NCBI GenBank assembly: GCA_022704305.1
Contig: JAKJGQ010000001.1
Coordinates: forward strand, 16,779-80,778
Origin: Thermotogota bacterium
Lineage (GTDB): Bacteria; Thermotogota; Thermotogae; Petrotogales; Petrotogaceae
DNA: 64,000 nt
Direction of reading: 5' to 3'
Position numbers and translations under genes: made by a program. Under the pieces are notes generated by a model that worked only from the letters and a program-made list of their open reading frames with translations, made no database searches and was not told where the DNA came from. This document shows positions 28,599 through 38,564 of the stretch, one piece after another (position 1 is the stretch's first letter; each line of letters starts with the position of its first letter).

Positions 28599-29143
28599 TG
28601 AAAAAGGTATATTTATGTATGTTATTGGTTTTTTTGGTTGTAAGTGGTTTTTCTGATTATATTGCAATCGGTGAAGACGGAAAGATCGTTCAGATAACAC
28701 AAGAGAATCAGTCTATACCTTTAGGCTTAAAAGTAGTTGATAAAGAGTTTAACCGGAAGTTCCTGGATCTTTTGAAAGGAGCTGAAACAGAAGTTTTATA
28801 TGATGCACCTATACAGATAGTTTCATATCAGTTTGAAAGAATTATGGTGGATTCTTCCATAAAAAAGAGATTTTCATTAAGCATAAAGAATACTTCGTAT
28901 AAAGCTGTGACTTCATTTTCGGTAAAAATTTTGGCTTACGATATATATAATTATGAACTTCCGATAGATTATAAGCAAGATAGTACTGTTACGGTTGAAA
29001 GAATTATTCTAAATCCTGGAGATATATACGATAACCTTAATACAATGAGTTTTTATTTTCATGATTCAATATATGCGGTAGCTCCTTTTGTTATTAGTGT
29101 CGTATATGCCGATGGAAGTACTTGGCAGGGCGGTATAAGGTAG
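28599..29143 (+). CDS. secreted hypothetical protein (signal peptide)
   Basis: MKKVYLCMLLVFLVVSGFS signal peptide with GGAGG upstream. The track ORF from 28484 is an over-extension. Confidence 0.55.
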
Positions 29144-29158
29144 TTCAAGGAAAGACGG

Positions 29159-30345
29159 TTAACCGTCTTTCCTTGAACTAAATAGCAGTTTTAGGAGAAT
29201 AAAGGTAATGATTGTAGAAAATGCCCCCATAAAAATAAACGATATTTTTAAGGAAAATTTATCGCCTATAACTCCGAAGGCAGGAAAAAGAACCATCATA
29301 TAGAGACTGAAAACCATTGAGCAAAAAGAAAGTATGGTAGCTCTATTTTCCGAGGGAATTCTTTTATTGATGTAGTTGCTGGAAACAACATAAAGAACTC
29401 CATCTGCGATATTTGTAAGGATAAAAAAAACATAAGGTACTGTTGAAAAAGCTATTGCCCATATGCTGAAACAACTCATTATACTTAGTATGGCAAAAAG
29501 TTTTTTTTCATCAAAGATTTTTTCAAGTTTGTGAGCGAAAAAAGCACTTGTTGCACTTGCAATAGATGATAATGCCATAAAAAAACCTATACTTAAAGGA
29601 TCATAGCCGATAGAAAGAAAGTAGTTCTGCAGATAAAAAAATAAAGTGGTTGTAAACATTAAAAATGCTTCAACGAAAATGATTACGAACAAAAGTTTTT
29701 TATCTTTTTTTACTATACGGAAACTTTCAAAGGCTTGTTTAAAAACATCTTTAATATTTTTGCTTCTAGAATCACTTTTGATTAAAGGTTCCTTAAAACT
29801 TAGTGATTGAAGGATAGAGATGACTCCTATCATTATAGCGCCGGTATATGCATAGATGTAATTAAAATTTGAAAGATATCCGCCCAAAATATATGCACCA
29901 AACATCGCTCCTTGGGTAATAACTTCATTGTACCCTGATATCTTAGTAAAATACTTTTCATTTCCATTTTCTTTAAGGGAATCGTAAACAAGTGCTTCAC
30001 CTGCTCCTGATTCCATAGTATAAGAAAGAGCACATATTCCCATTGCACATGCATACATAAAAAAACTGTCGGAAAAAAGTATTATTAAAAAGTATAGTAC
30101 TGAGAATACTCTGCTTAGAGTCCGGCTGACTTTCCTTCCAAAAATATCTGCAATTGCCCCTGTCGGCACTTCCATCGCAAAAGAAGTGATATGAAATATA
30201 CTCTCAAGCATGCCAAGTTCTATAAGAGTCATTCCTTTTGATGCAAGATAAATCATCCATATGCTGCTTGTAAGATTAAAGTTGTACAAAAATGTGAATA
30301 AATAATTTCTCTGAATATTTTTTTTTAACTCTGCCGCATAGTTCA
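29159..30345 (-). CDS. MFS-family transporter
   Basis: 12-TM organisation with MFS motif-A-like G-x-x-x-D-(I/R)-x-G-R-K (GAIADIFGRK). The likely start is the ATG at MNYAAEL with AAGGAG 8 nt upstream. The track TTG start at 30403 adds 19 codons. Confidence 0.75.
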
Positions 30346-30367
30346 TTTTTTTCAACTCCTTATTTTT

Positions 30368-30430
30368 TTTAACTTCCGTCGAAAAAATGAACTTTTGACC
30401 CAAAATATCTAAGCGAAAAAATTGTTTTCA
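30368..30430 (-). CDS. candidate 20-codon leader peptide (uORF) upstream of the MFS transporter
   Basis: ATG with AGGAGG 7 nt upstream, encoding MKTIFSLRYFGSKVHFFDGS. Its stop lies about 8 nt before the SD of the MFS gene. There is no homology support, so the call is speculative. Confidence 0.3.
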
Positions 30431-30500
30431 TACGTGTACCTCCTGTTTTTTGGGTATAGTCCCCCAAGGTAAGTATATTATACCATTGTACACATAAGGA

Positions 30501-31184
30501 GTGATAGATATATATAAGGTATTTATTGTTGAAGATAATTTAAAGGCTCTTAAGGAGCTTGAGATTCTTTTGAAACGTTATGGATTTGAGATTATCTGCG
30601 CAAAGGATTTTTCGGACATTCCACTGCAGATTCAGAATGTAAAACCTCATCTTATTCTTTTAGATATAAATCTTCCGCAATATGACGGATTTTTTATATG
30701 CCAGAACATACGTGCAGTTTCAAAAGTTCCCATAATTATTGTGACCGCAAGGGACAGCGATGTTGATACTATAATGGGGATACGACTTGGAGCGGACGAC
30801 TACATAAAAAAGCCATATTCACCGGAAATACTTGTTGTTAAGGTTCAGGCAGTTCTCAGAAGAGTCTATGAAATGGCATCTGCTGATGAGTCATGTATGA
30901 AGTACAAGGGTCTTTTTTTTGATCTGAAGGATTACTCTTTGAAGTATGAGGATAAAACCGTAGAACTTACAAAAAATGAAGTTAAAATACTGTTTTTACT
31001 CATGAATAAAGCCGGAAGCATAGTTACTAGAGATGAACTTATATATGAGCTTTGGAACAACGATGAGTTTATAGATGATAATACTCTTACAGTAAATATT
31101 ACCAGATTAAGGAAAAAATTTGAAAGCTTGGATTCGTGTGTCATAATAGAGACCAAGAAAGGAGTCGGATATATATTAAAATGA
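30501..31184 (+). CDS. OmpR-family response regulator (BceR-like)
   Basis: Receiver domain with conserved Asp (LLDINLP) and Lys, and a winged-helix C-terminus. GTG start after AAGGAG. Confidence 0.85.
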   Translation: MIDIYKVFIVEDNLKALKELEILLKRYGFEIICAKDFSDIPLQIQNVKPHLILLDINLPQYDGFFICQNIRAVSKVPIIIVTARDSDVDTIMGIRLGADDYIKKPYSPEILVVKVQAVLRRVYEMASADESCMKYKGLFFDLKDYSLKYEDKTVELTKNEVKILFLLMNKAGSIVTRDELIYELWNNDEFIDDNTLTVNITRLRKKFESLDSCVIIETKKGVGYILK

Positions 31185-32191
31185 AGTTCAGAGAGTATAT
31201 AAAGGAGTATGAACTATTTATTTTTTTTGAACTGCTCGGATTAATAATAATTGATATCTATCTATTTCTTATAAATACATTTTTTCAGCTTATTATCATA
31301 ATAGATATTATTTATCTTTTATCGCCTCTTCTTTTTATGATATATAACTTTCATAAAAAGAAAGAGTATTATTCTACGATCTACCGTACCATGGATAATC
31401 TTGAGAAAAAGTACTTTATCAGTGAGTTTATGGCACAAGAGTCCTTTATCAGTCTTGAAAATGAAATAATGAAAGATATTCTTAACACGATGTTCCTTTC
31501 AATGTACGAAGATATAAAAAATTCCAAAGAAAAACAATTAGACTATCAGGAATTTCTTGAAATATGGATACATGAAGTAAAAAATCCTTTACTTACACTT
31601 AAACTTATTGTTGCAAACAATAAAACCAAAGTAAACAAAAGTATCCTGGAAGAGTTGGAAAAGATTGAAAATCTTTTGGAACAGATCCTTTACTATTCAC
31701 GATACGAAAACCTTGAAAATGACTATGTAATAAAAGAGACTCTCATAGAAGATTTTGTCAAAAATGCCATAAAAAAACATTCCAGACAGATAATAGAAAA
31801 TAATATAAAAATACAACTCTCAAATCTCGATAATATAGTTAAAACTGATTCAAAATGGATGGAGTTCGTATGTAGCCAGATTATTTCAAACAGTATAAAA
31901 TATGTCAAGGATAATCCGGAGGTAAAGATATTCGCTTTTGAAGATAATAACTCTGTTGCACTTGTTTTTGAAGATAACGGTATAGGAATCAAATCTAAGG
32001 ATCTCAGCCGGTTGTTCTCAAAAAACTTTACCGGTTATAACGGAAGACTGGAAAAGGGTTCTACCGGATTTGGATTATATATCATAAACAGAATAGTACA
32101 TAAGCTTGGCCATGAAATCACAGTCGATTCTCAGGAAGGCAGTTATACAAAAATAGAAGTGAAATTTTCTAAAGCAGTTCACAAATGGTGA
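31181..32191 (+). CDS. intramembrane-sensing histidine kinase (BceS-like)
   Basis: Two N-terminal TM helices separated by about 3 residues, with no extracellular domain. H-box IHEVKNPL, and N/G boxes in the ATPase domain. ATGA start/stop overlap with the regulator. Confidence 0.8.
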   Translation: MKFREYIKEYELFIFFELLGLIIIDIYLFLINTFFQLIIIIDIIYLLSPLLFMIYNFHKKKEYYSTIYRTMDNLEKKYFISEFMAQESFISLENEIMKDILNTMFLSMYEDIKNSKEKQLDYQEFLEIWIHEVKNPLLTLKLIVANNKTKVNKSILEELEKIENLLEQILYYSRYENLENDYVIKETLIEDFVKNAIKKHSRQIIENNIKIQLSNLDNIVKTDSKWMEFVCSQIISNSIKYVKDNPEVKIFAFEDNNSVALVFEDNGIGIKSKDLSRLFSKNFTGYNGRLEKGSTGFGLYIINRIVHKLGHEITVDSQEGSYTKIEVKFSKAVHKW

Positions 32192-32304
32192 CTGCTTTTT
32201 TATTATAAAATCTAAGGAATTTATCTTACAAAACAGTAAGAAAGGTGAAAGATTGGAAAATTAACTTTTCCAATGTAACATACTAAAATATTTCTAGGAG
32301 GTGG

Positions 32305-33078
32305 ATGAATATGAAAAACATTCTTAAAATAGAAAAGCTAGAAAAGATTTATGGGTTGAGGGGGAACGTCTACAAAGCTCTTGATGGAGTAAACTTTGAT
32401 GTATATGAAGGAGAGTTTCTTGGGATAATGGGACCCAGCGGAGCTGGCAAATCTACTCTTCTGAATATCATATCGACTATTGATAAACCCACAAGCGGTA
32501 GCGTAGTAATTAACGGACAAAATATTGTCAATATGAAAAAGAATGAACTCTCTAAATTCAGAAGAGATAAGTTAGGATTTGTCTTTCAAGAGTACAATCT
32601 TCTGGATACACTTACTGTAAAAGAAAATATTGCGTTACCTCTTTCATTAGCCAATGTCTCTTACAGAGAAATAAACCGCAGGGTTAAAGAGGTATCTAAT
32701 AATCTTGAAATTGTAGACATACTTGATAAGTTTCCTTATGAGATTTCCGGAGGTCAAAGGCAGAGAGCGGCTGCAGCTAGGGCAATTATTGCAGACCCTG
32801 CACTTATTCTTGCTGATGAGCCTACAGGTGCTCTTGACTCCCGTTCATCAGAAACTCTTTTAAGCACACTCAAAAACATAAACGAAAACATGAACGTTAC
32901 TGTGCTTATGGTAACTCATGACCCATTTGCTGCAAGTTACTGCAAAAGAATTCTTTTTATCAAAGATGGAAGAATATTCAATGAAATAGTAAAAGGCGAA
33001 GATGAAAGAAAAAAATTTTTTACAAGAATTCTTGATGTACTGGCAGTTCTGGAAGGAGACATAGGAAATGTTATTTAA
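32305..33078 (+). CDS. ABC transporter ATP-binding protein (BceA-like)
   Basis: Walker A GPSGAGKST, signature LSGGQRQRAAAARA and Walker B ILADEPT. Confidence 0.9.
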   Translation: MNMKNILKIEKLEKIYGLRGNVYKALDGVNFDVYEGEFLGIMGPSGAGKSTLLNIISTIDKPTSGSVVINGQNIVNMKKNELSKFRRDKLGFVFQEYNLLDTLTVKENIALPLSLANVSYREINRRVKEVSNNLEIVDILDKFPYEISGGQRQRAAAARAIIADPALILADEPTGALDSRSSETLLSTLKNINENMNVTVLMVTHDPFAASYCKRILFIKDGRIFNEIVKGEDERKKFFTRILDVLAVLEGDIGNVI

Positions 33079-35053
33079 GCTTATAAAAAGAAATATAAGA
33101 AGAAGTTTCAGAGATTATGTAATATATTTTGGCACTCTGATACTATCAATTGCAATTTTTTATGTGTTCAACTCTCTTGATAGTCAGCCCGCATGGTCGG
33201 GAGATGAGTATCCTCAGGCTAAAATTGTTATTTCATCTTTAATGGGAGGTCTTTCGTTTATAATATCTTTTATTGTTGGATTTCTTATTCTTTATGCCAA
33301 CAACTACATTATAAAAAGAAGAAAAAAAGAGATAGGTCTGTATATGCTTTTAGGAATGAGCCAAAAAAAAGTTTCATTCATGTTGCTTTCAGAGACAATT
33401 ATAATTGGATTTCTTTCATACGTAGTTGGTATAATTATAGGCATATTTGTTTCACAGATTTTTTCGCTAATAACGATGAAATTTTTTGATATAGCAATAA
33501 ATAAAATTGAATTTGTGCTTTCATATCCTGCAGTAATAAAAACTCTGATCTTTTATGGTATTACATTTTCTCTTGTAGCTGTTTTTGGATCATTTGGAGT
33601 ATCAAGATTTAAACTCATAGATCTACTTATGGGAGAAAGAAAAAACGAAGAGTTTAAGATACGCAAGAAGGCAGTGGTTGCAATTATTTTTGTTTTGTCG
33701 TGCATAGATCTTTTTCTTACATATTATTTTGCCGACTATGTCGCAAGCAGGCTTTTGGTAAGTCCTCAGTCAATATTTGCAATAATATTTGGTGGATCAC
33801 TCGGAACATACGGACTTTTTTATTCCGGTTTTTCAATGATATTTGGAGTAATAAAAAGTATGATAAAGTTTTATTTTTCAAAAATAAATGCTTTTCTTTC
33901 AAGACAACTTTTGAACAGGTTTAATACGGATATGGGAATGCTTGCAACGCTGACGGTTCTTTTTACATTAACGCTAAGTGTTTTTATATCGGGACTAGGA
34001 TTGAAAAATTATATAGAAAGCAGTGTAGAGAGCAATTCTCCATTTTCATTCAATATCACTGTATATGAAAATGCTGAAAAAATAAAGCAGGAGTTTGATG
34101 AAGCTGCTTACAGACTAGGCAAAGACTATCTTAAAGATTCATTAATGGTTAGATCATTCAGGAGTGATATAAGGATTAAAAGTATAAGCCCGGACAAAGA
34201 GTACTTTGGAAATAGCGAACTTTTACGTAACTATTTAAATGATAATTTTTATATTATGCTTCAGAGTGATTTTAACAAGCTTATTAAAGCGAAGAATATA
34301 GGAGAAGAAGAGCTTACAGGCAACGAAGCACTATTATATGTACCTGATGGTAGCAAGGATTTTAAAGAGTATCTTGAAAATGAATTATCTTTTAACAGAA
34401 AACTTTTTCTTGGAGATAGTCAGATTGAGATCAAAAAAATATTTCCGCAACATAAAATAGGTAATTTTATGGTCTTTGGAAGCTGTGCACTGATTATACC
34501 GGACAAATTTGATTATATTACCCAGGGATATAAAACTATATGGAATATTGATTTTAATTTTAAGACTGGCTATCCTTCCGAAATAGATAAAGAGTTTCAA
34601 AAAATATCAGATCAGTATGAGTTAAGGATGAATACTCTCAAAGAAGCAAAAGCTAACGCTTCAATGTCAAGAGTTCTTGTGATATTTGTAATTCTTTATT
34701 TAGGCATAACTCTGCTTATCGCAAGTGCTGCTGTTATGGCACTTAAAGAACTAACCGGAGCTATAGACAGCAAAAAAAACTATCAGATGCTTTCCAAACT
34801 AGGAGCAGACGACAGGCTTATAAAAGGAACCATAAAGAAACATATGAGATTTTATTTTTTTATTCCGCTTCTTGTGGCATTCTTTCATAATATTTTTGCA
34901 GTAAACTTTATTACTAAGTTTCTAAATGCTTTTAATGCTCAGAACACTTTTTTGATTACTCTTATTGCTATGGGAGTCTTTCTGGGGGTGTACCTGATTT
35001 ATTACTACATAACTAGCAGGATGGCCATACGTATAATAGTTAAAGAGGAATAA
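33068..35053 (+). CDS. FtsX-family ABC permease with a large extracellular domain (BceB-like)
   Basis: 661 aa with about 10 TM helices and a roughly 200-aa hydrophilic loop between the N- and C-terminal TM bundles. Overlaps the ATPase gene. Confidence 0.8.
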   Translation: MLFKLIKRNIRRSFRDYVIYFGTLILSIAIFYVFNSLDSQPAWSGDEYPQAKIVISSLMGGLSFIISFIVGFLILYANNYIIKRRKKEIGLYMLLGMSQKKVSFMLLSETIIIGFLSYVVGIIIGIFVSQIFSLITMKFFDIAINKIEFVLSYPAVIKTLIFYGITFSLVAVFGSFGVSRFKLIDLLMGERKNEEFKIRKKAVVAIIFVLSCIDLFLTYYFADYVASRLLVSPQSIFAIIFGGSLGTYGLFYSGFSMIFGVIKSMIKFYFSKINAFLSRQLLNRFNTDMGMLATLTVLFTLTLSVFISGLGLKNYIESSVESNSPFSFNITVYENAEKIKQEFDEAAYRLGKDYLKDSLMVRSFRSDIRIKSISPDKEYFGNSELLRNYLNDNFYIMLQSDFNKLIKAKNIGEEELTGNEALLYVPDGSKDFKEYLENELSFNRKLFLGDSQIEIKKIFPQHKIGNFMVFGSCALIIPDKFDYITQGYKTIWNIDFNFKTGYPSEIDKEFQKISDQYELRMNTLKEAKANASMSRVLVIFVILYLGITLLIASAAVMALKELTGAIDSKKNYQMLSKLGADDRLIKGTIKKHMRFYFFIPLLVAFFHNIFAVNFITKFLNAFNAQNTFLITLIAMGVFLGVYLIYYYITSRMAIRIIVKEE

Positions 35054-35071
35054 AATGTCAAAATATTTTTC

Positions 35072-35103
35072 TAAAAAAATACGGTGCTGAAAAGCACCGT
35101 ATT
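35072..35103. terminator. Bidirectional terminator between the permease gene and mgsA
   Basis: AATACGGTGC-tgaaaa-GCACCGTATT perfect hairpin with an A7 run upstream and T-rich sequence downstream. Confidence 0.75.
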
Positions 35104-35107
35104 AAGC

Positions 35108-35491
35108 TTACTGATTAAGTTTTTTCTGAATCTCAAGAACTATAGCCTGCGAAGTAGCAAGATTTGTTGCAAGAGGAATATTGTGAACATCACATACACG
35201 GAGCAGTGCCGAGACATCGGGCTCATGGGGTTGGGCAGTAAGCGGATCACGTAAAAAAATAACAAAATCAATTTCACCCGAAACAATCATAGCTCCTATC
35301 TGTAGATCTCCACCGTAAGGACCTGACTCAAAAGTTCTTATCGTCTCAAGACCTATTTTTTCTTTAAGAATTGATCCGGTGGTTTTAGTGCAGAAAAGTT
35401 CACATTTACAAAATACATCCTTCCATTCACGTACAAACATAGCCAAATCAATTTTCTTTTTGTCATGGGCAATAAGAGCGACTTTTATCAT
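35108..35491 (-). CDS. mgsA: methylglyoxal synthase
   Basis: MGS-like domain, 127 aa, with a conserved ALIAHD region and a GGDLQ segment. Confidence 0.85.
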   Translation of the reverse strand: MIKVALIAHDKKKIDLAMFVREWKDVFCKCELFCTKTTGSILKEKIGLETIRTFESGPYGGDLQIGAMIVSGEIDFVIFLRDPLTAQPHEPDVSALLRVCDVHNIPLATNLATSQAIVLEIQKKLNQ

Positions 35492-35501
35492 TGAATATCA
35501 C

Positions 35502-36506
35502 CTATATTTCTGTGTTTGAAAGAGCCGCAACAAGTTTTACTGTATTTTTAACATCATCCATGCTGACCATTTCGTTGGGAGAATGGACATATCTTGTTGT
35601 TATTGAGATTGTACCTGAAGGAATACCGGACTTAGTACGTTGATAACTGGCAGCATTCGTTCCTCCAAAAAGAAGAACTTCAAACTGGAAAGGAATCATG
35701 TTTGCCTGAGCGGCCTGCTTAAGTTTATTTACTACACTAATATCACTTACACTGGCAGCATCTTTGATCTTTATGCAAGGTCCCTTTCCTAGTTCCATAC
35801 TTATACGCTTAAGTGCTTTTGGAGTATCTCCTGCAGCAGTAACGTCTACAGCAACAGCCATATCAATATCATAATTGAAACCGGCAACGCTCGAACCTAC
35901 TAATCCAACCTCTTCCTGTACCGTAAATGCATAAATAATGTTATTCAGACTATCTTTCATGTTTCTGATGCTTTCTATAAGTACGGCACATGCAACCCTG
36001 TCATCCATGGCTTTGGAGACAATCCTATCTCCAAGGTCTGCAAAGCAAGCCGTATATGTACCAAACGTTCCTATAGGAGCAAACTCCTCAGCTTGTGTTC
36101 TACAGGAAAAGCCCAGATCAAGAAAAAGATTTTCAAATGAAAGATTTTTTGAGTTGTTTTTAAGATCTTCCATAGTTTCACCTTCAACTCCAAGCACTCC
36201 AGTTCTGTTTTTAAACTGTACTCTGCATCCGATAAGAGTTTGAGGATCAACACCTCCAACTGCTTCAACTTTATAAAATCCTTTGTCAGTAATATGAGTT
36301 ATTACAAGACCTATTTCATCCATATGAGCATCGAAAAGAATAGTTTTTCCCGATCTTCCTTTTTTAAAAGCAATTAAATTTCCAATTTTATCAATCTTAT
36401 AATCATCAACATAATCTTTTATCTGTGAAATAATAAAGTTCCTTACCTCATCTTCCCGTCCACTTGGAGAATATATTTCTGTTATATTTTTAATTAGCTC
36501 TTTCAT
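35502..36506 (-). CDS. M42-family (TET-type) aminopeptidase, paralog 3
   Basis: M42 metal ligands (HMDEIG, ...EEVG...) and a FrvX-like fold. Third of three tandem paralogs. Confidence 0.8.
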   Translation of the reverse strand: MKELIKNITEIYSPSGREDEVRNFIISQIKDYVDDYKIDKIGNLIAFKKGRSGKTILFDAHMDEIGLVITHITDKGFYKVEAVGGVDPQTLIGCRVQFKNRTGVLGVEGETMEDLKNNSKNLSFENLFLDLGFSCRTQAEEFAPIGTFGTYTACFADLGDRIVSKAMDDRVACAVLIESIRNMKDSLNNIIYAFTVQEEVGLVGSSVAGFNYDIDMAVAVDVTAAGDTPKALKRISMELGKGPCIKIKDAASVSDISVVNKLKQAAQANMIPFQFEVLLFGGTNAASYQRTKSGIPSGTISITTRYVHSPNEMVSMDDVKNTVKLVAALSNTEI

Positions 36507-37534
36507 TATTTTAAAATCCTCCCTTCAACCGATATTATTTTTATAAGTTCAACAACTGAATTATAGTCATTTTTGTTTATTATGCTGTTTGCTGAATGAA
36601 TATAACGGCAAGGAGTCGATATTACGGCACAAGGAATACCATCAACTGTTCTTGTAAGTCTTGCCGCATCTGTACCTCCAGCGGTTCTCATTTTAAACTG
36701 ATGCTTTATATTGTTCTTTTTCGATGTCTCTACAAGATATTCAAATATTCTTTTGTCAAGAACAACTCCACTGTGCATGAATGTAAGAACTGCTCCGTCA
36801 CCCAGATGAGTTGCCCAGCTGGTTTTTTCAAGTTCCGGATTATCCCCGGCTGTTGTGCCTTCTAAAATAACCGCAACATCTGGCTGTATAGAAAAACCAG
36901 CTACGCCGCTGCCTCTAAGACCAGTTTCTTCTTGTACAACAAAAGCAAAGTAGGTATCATAAAATGGTTTTTTCGATTCCGAGTCAAAAAAATCAATCAG
37001 ATCCATCATGGCGCTACAGCCACACCTATCGTCAAAAGCTTTGCATACGGCATACTCATTATTTTCATAGTATTTAACGTCAAAAGTGACCATATCACCG
37101 ATTTTTACTTTTAATTTAGCCTCATCTTTATTTTTAAATCCGGCGTAGGCCTTAATTGAATCGTATCCGGTCACAGCCGTAAGATTGTGGTCAAGATGAA
37201 TAGGAGTTGAGTTAAGTATTGCAACTATCTCGTCATTTATTTTAAGCCTCTGAGCTTTTAACACCCTTGGATCAACTCCACCTACCTGTGCCACACCTAA
37301 AGTTCCGTCATCGTATATCTTAGTTACCATAAGACCAACTTCATCCATATGCGCTGCAAACATTATTTTTTTGGAAGAATCATTGCCCTTTTTAAATGCA
37401 ATAAGATTTCCAACATTATCTACAGAAACGGAATCTACTTTGTCTTGTATATTTTTTTTGATGAACTGCATTACCTTTTCTTCTTTTCCAGATATTCCAG
37501 AAATTTCAACAAGTTCCTTAAGATATTTTTGCAT
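36506..37534 (-). CDS. M42-family (TET-type) aminopeptidase, paralog 2
   Basis: HMDEVG, QEETG and related M42 motifs. Its start codon is shared with or abuts the stop of the upstream paralog. Confidence 0.8.
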   Translation of the reverse strand: MQKYLKELVEISGISGKEEKVMQFIKKNIQDKVDSVSVDNVGNLIAFKKGNDSSKKIMFAAHMDEVGLMVTKIYDDGTLGVAQVGGVDPRVLKAQRLKINDEIVAILNSTPIHLDHNLTAVTGYDSIKAYAGFKNKDEAKLKVKIGDMVTFDVKYYENNEYAVCKAFDDRCGCSAMMDLIDFFDSESKKPFYDTYFAFVVQEETGLRGSGVAGFSIQPDVAVILEGTTAGDNPELEKTSWATHLGDGAVLTFMHSGVVLDKRIFEYLVETSKKNNIKHQFKMRTAGGTDAARLTRTVDGIPCAVISTPCRYIHSANSIINKNDYNSVVELIKIISVEGRILK

Positions 37535-37536
37535 TC

Positions 37537-38553
37537 TTATCTCCCCGCTTTTGAAGCAAAGATAGCCAATAATCTTGCTGTATTATCTATGTCTTGTATA
37601 GAAACAGTTTCAACAGGTGAATGCATATTTAAAAGAGGTATAGAAATCAATCCTGTTTTAATGCCGTTCCGCGCAAGTTGAACTACATCTGCTTCAGTAC
37701 CACTTGAACCGGGTACAGCTTCTATCTGGTACTGTATGTTATTTTCCTGAGCCAATGAACTTATCTGTTCAAAAACGGATGGGGTTATGGGAGCGCCGAC
37801 GGCTACTACCGGACCATCACCCAGTTTATATGTTTCAAAATTAGGGTTGTTTTCTGATGCAAAAGTTACATCGACCACAATGGCATAGTCAGGATTTACT
37901 TCATAACTCATGCCTTTAGCACCTATAAGCCCTATTTCTTCACCTTTATTGAAGCATAGTACAAGCTGACCATCAAATTTAAGGTCGCTCAGATAATCAA
38001 TGCTTCTCATTAATGCAGCTACACCAGCCCTGTTATCAAGAGCTTTTGATGTAAGCTTATCTCCCTGCATCTCAGCAGCAAAAACTTCCAAAGTTCCCAT
38101 ATCTCCAACTTGAAGGTCTTTGGTTCCTCCCGATACAGAAAAATCAACAAAAATCTGATCAAAAGAAGGAGATTTGTCCTTTGTGGAAGGAGCTTGCAGA
38201 TGTGGGGCAAGCATACCGATTATACCAAGTTTGTTTCCAGAAGCTGTTCTGAAAATAACTCTTTTGGCAAGAAGAGTTCTGGGGTCAACTCCGCCAACAC
38301 CTGCTACCCGTGCATAATTTGAGTCTGTTATTTTGCTTATAACAAGTCCAATCTCATCAGTATGGGCAAAAAAAGCAACTTTCTTACTTCCATTTCCCAT
38401 TTTTACTAAAAGACTTCCTGTACCTTTTCTTTCATAAGTAAGGTTTTGGTAATTTTCTCGGAGTATCTTTTCTATGACTTTGAAGGTTTCTTCTTCATGT
38501 CCTGATACACCGAAGGAATCTGTGAGTTCTTTTAATAGCTCGATAGTTTTCAT
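37537..38553 (-). CDS. M42-family (TET-type) aminopeptidase, paralog 1
   Basis: HTDEIG, KGEEIG and related M42 motifs. Confidence 0.8.
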   Translation of the reverse strand: MKTIELLKELTDSFGVSGHEEETFKVIEKILRENYQNLTYERKGTGSLLVKMGNGSKKVAFFAHTDEIGLVISKITDSNYARVAGVGGVDPRTLLAKRVIFRTASGNKLGIIGMLAPHLQAPSTKDKSPSFDQIFVDFSVSGGTKDLQVGDMGTLEVFAAEMQGDKLTSKALDNRAGVAALMRSIDYLSDLKFDGQLVLCFNKGEEIGLIGAKGMSYEVNPDYAIVVDVTFASENNPNFETYKLGDGPVVAVGAPITPSVFEQISSLAQENNIQYQIEAVPGSSGTEADVVQLARNGIKTGLISIPLLNMHSPVETVSIQDIDNTARLLAIFASKAGR

Positions 38554-38564
38554 TAATAACCCCC

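Noticed and set aside
30346-30403. TTG-initiated 19-codon N-terminal extension of the MFS transporter
   Set aside because: The internal ATG with AAGGAG is a far better start. The upstream segment is better explained by the separate 20-codon uORF in another frame.
31136-31180. HK ORF extension overlapping the regulator gene by 49 nt
   Set aside because: The start MKFREY at 31181 forms a typical ATGA stop/start overlap with the regulator. The upstream extension would need an unusual start codon.
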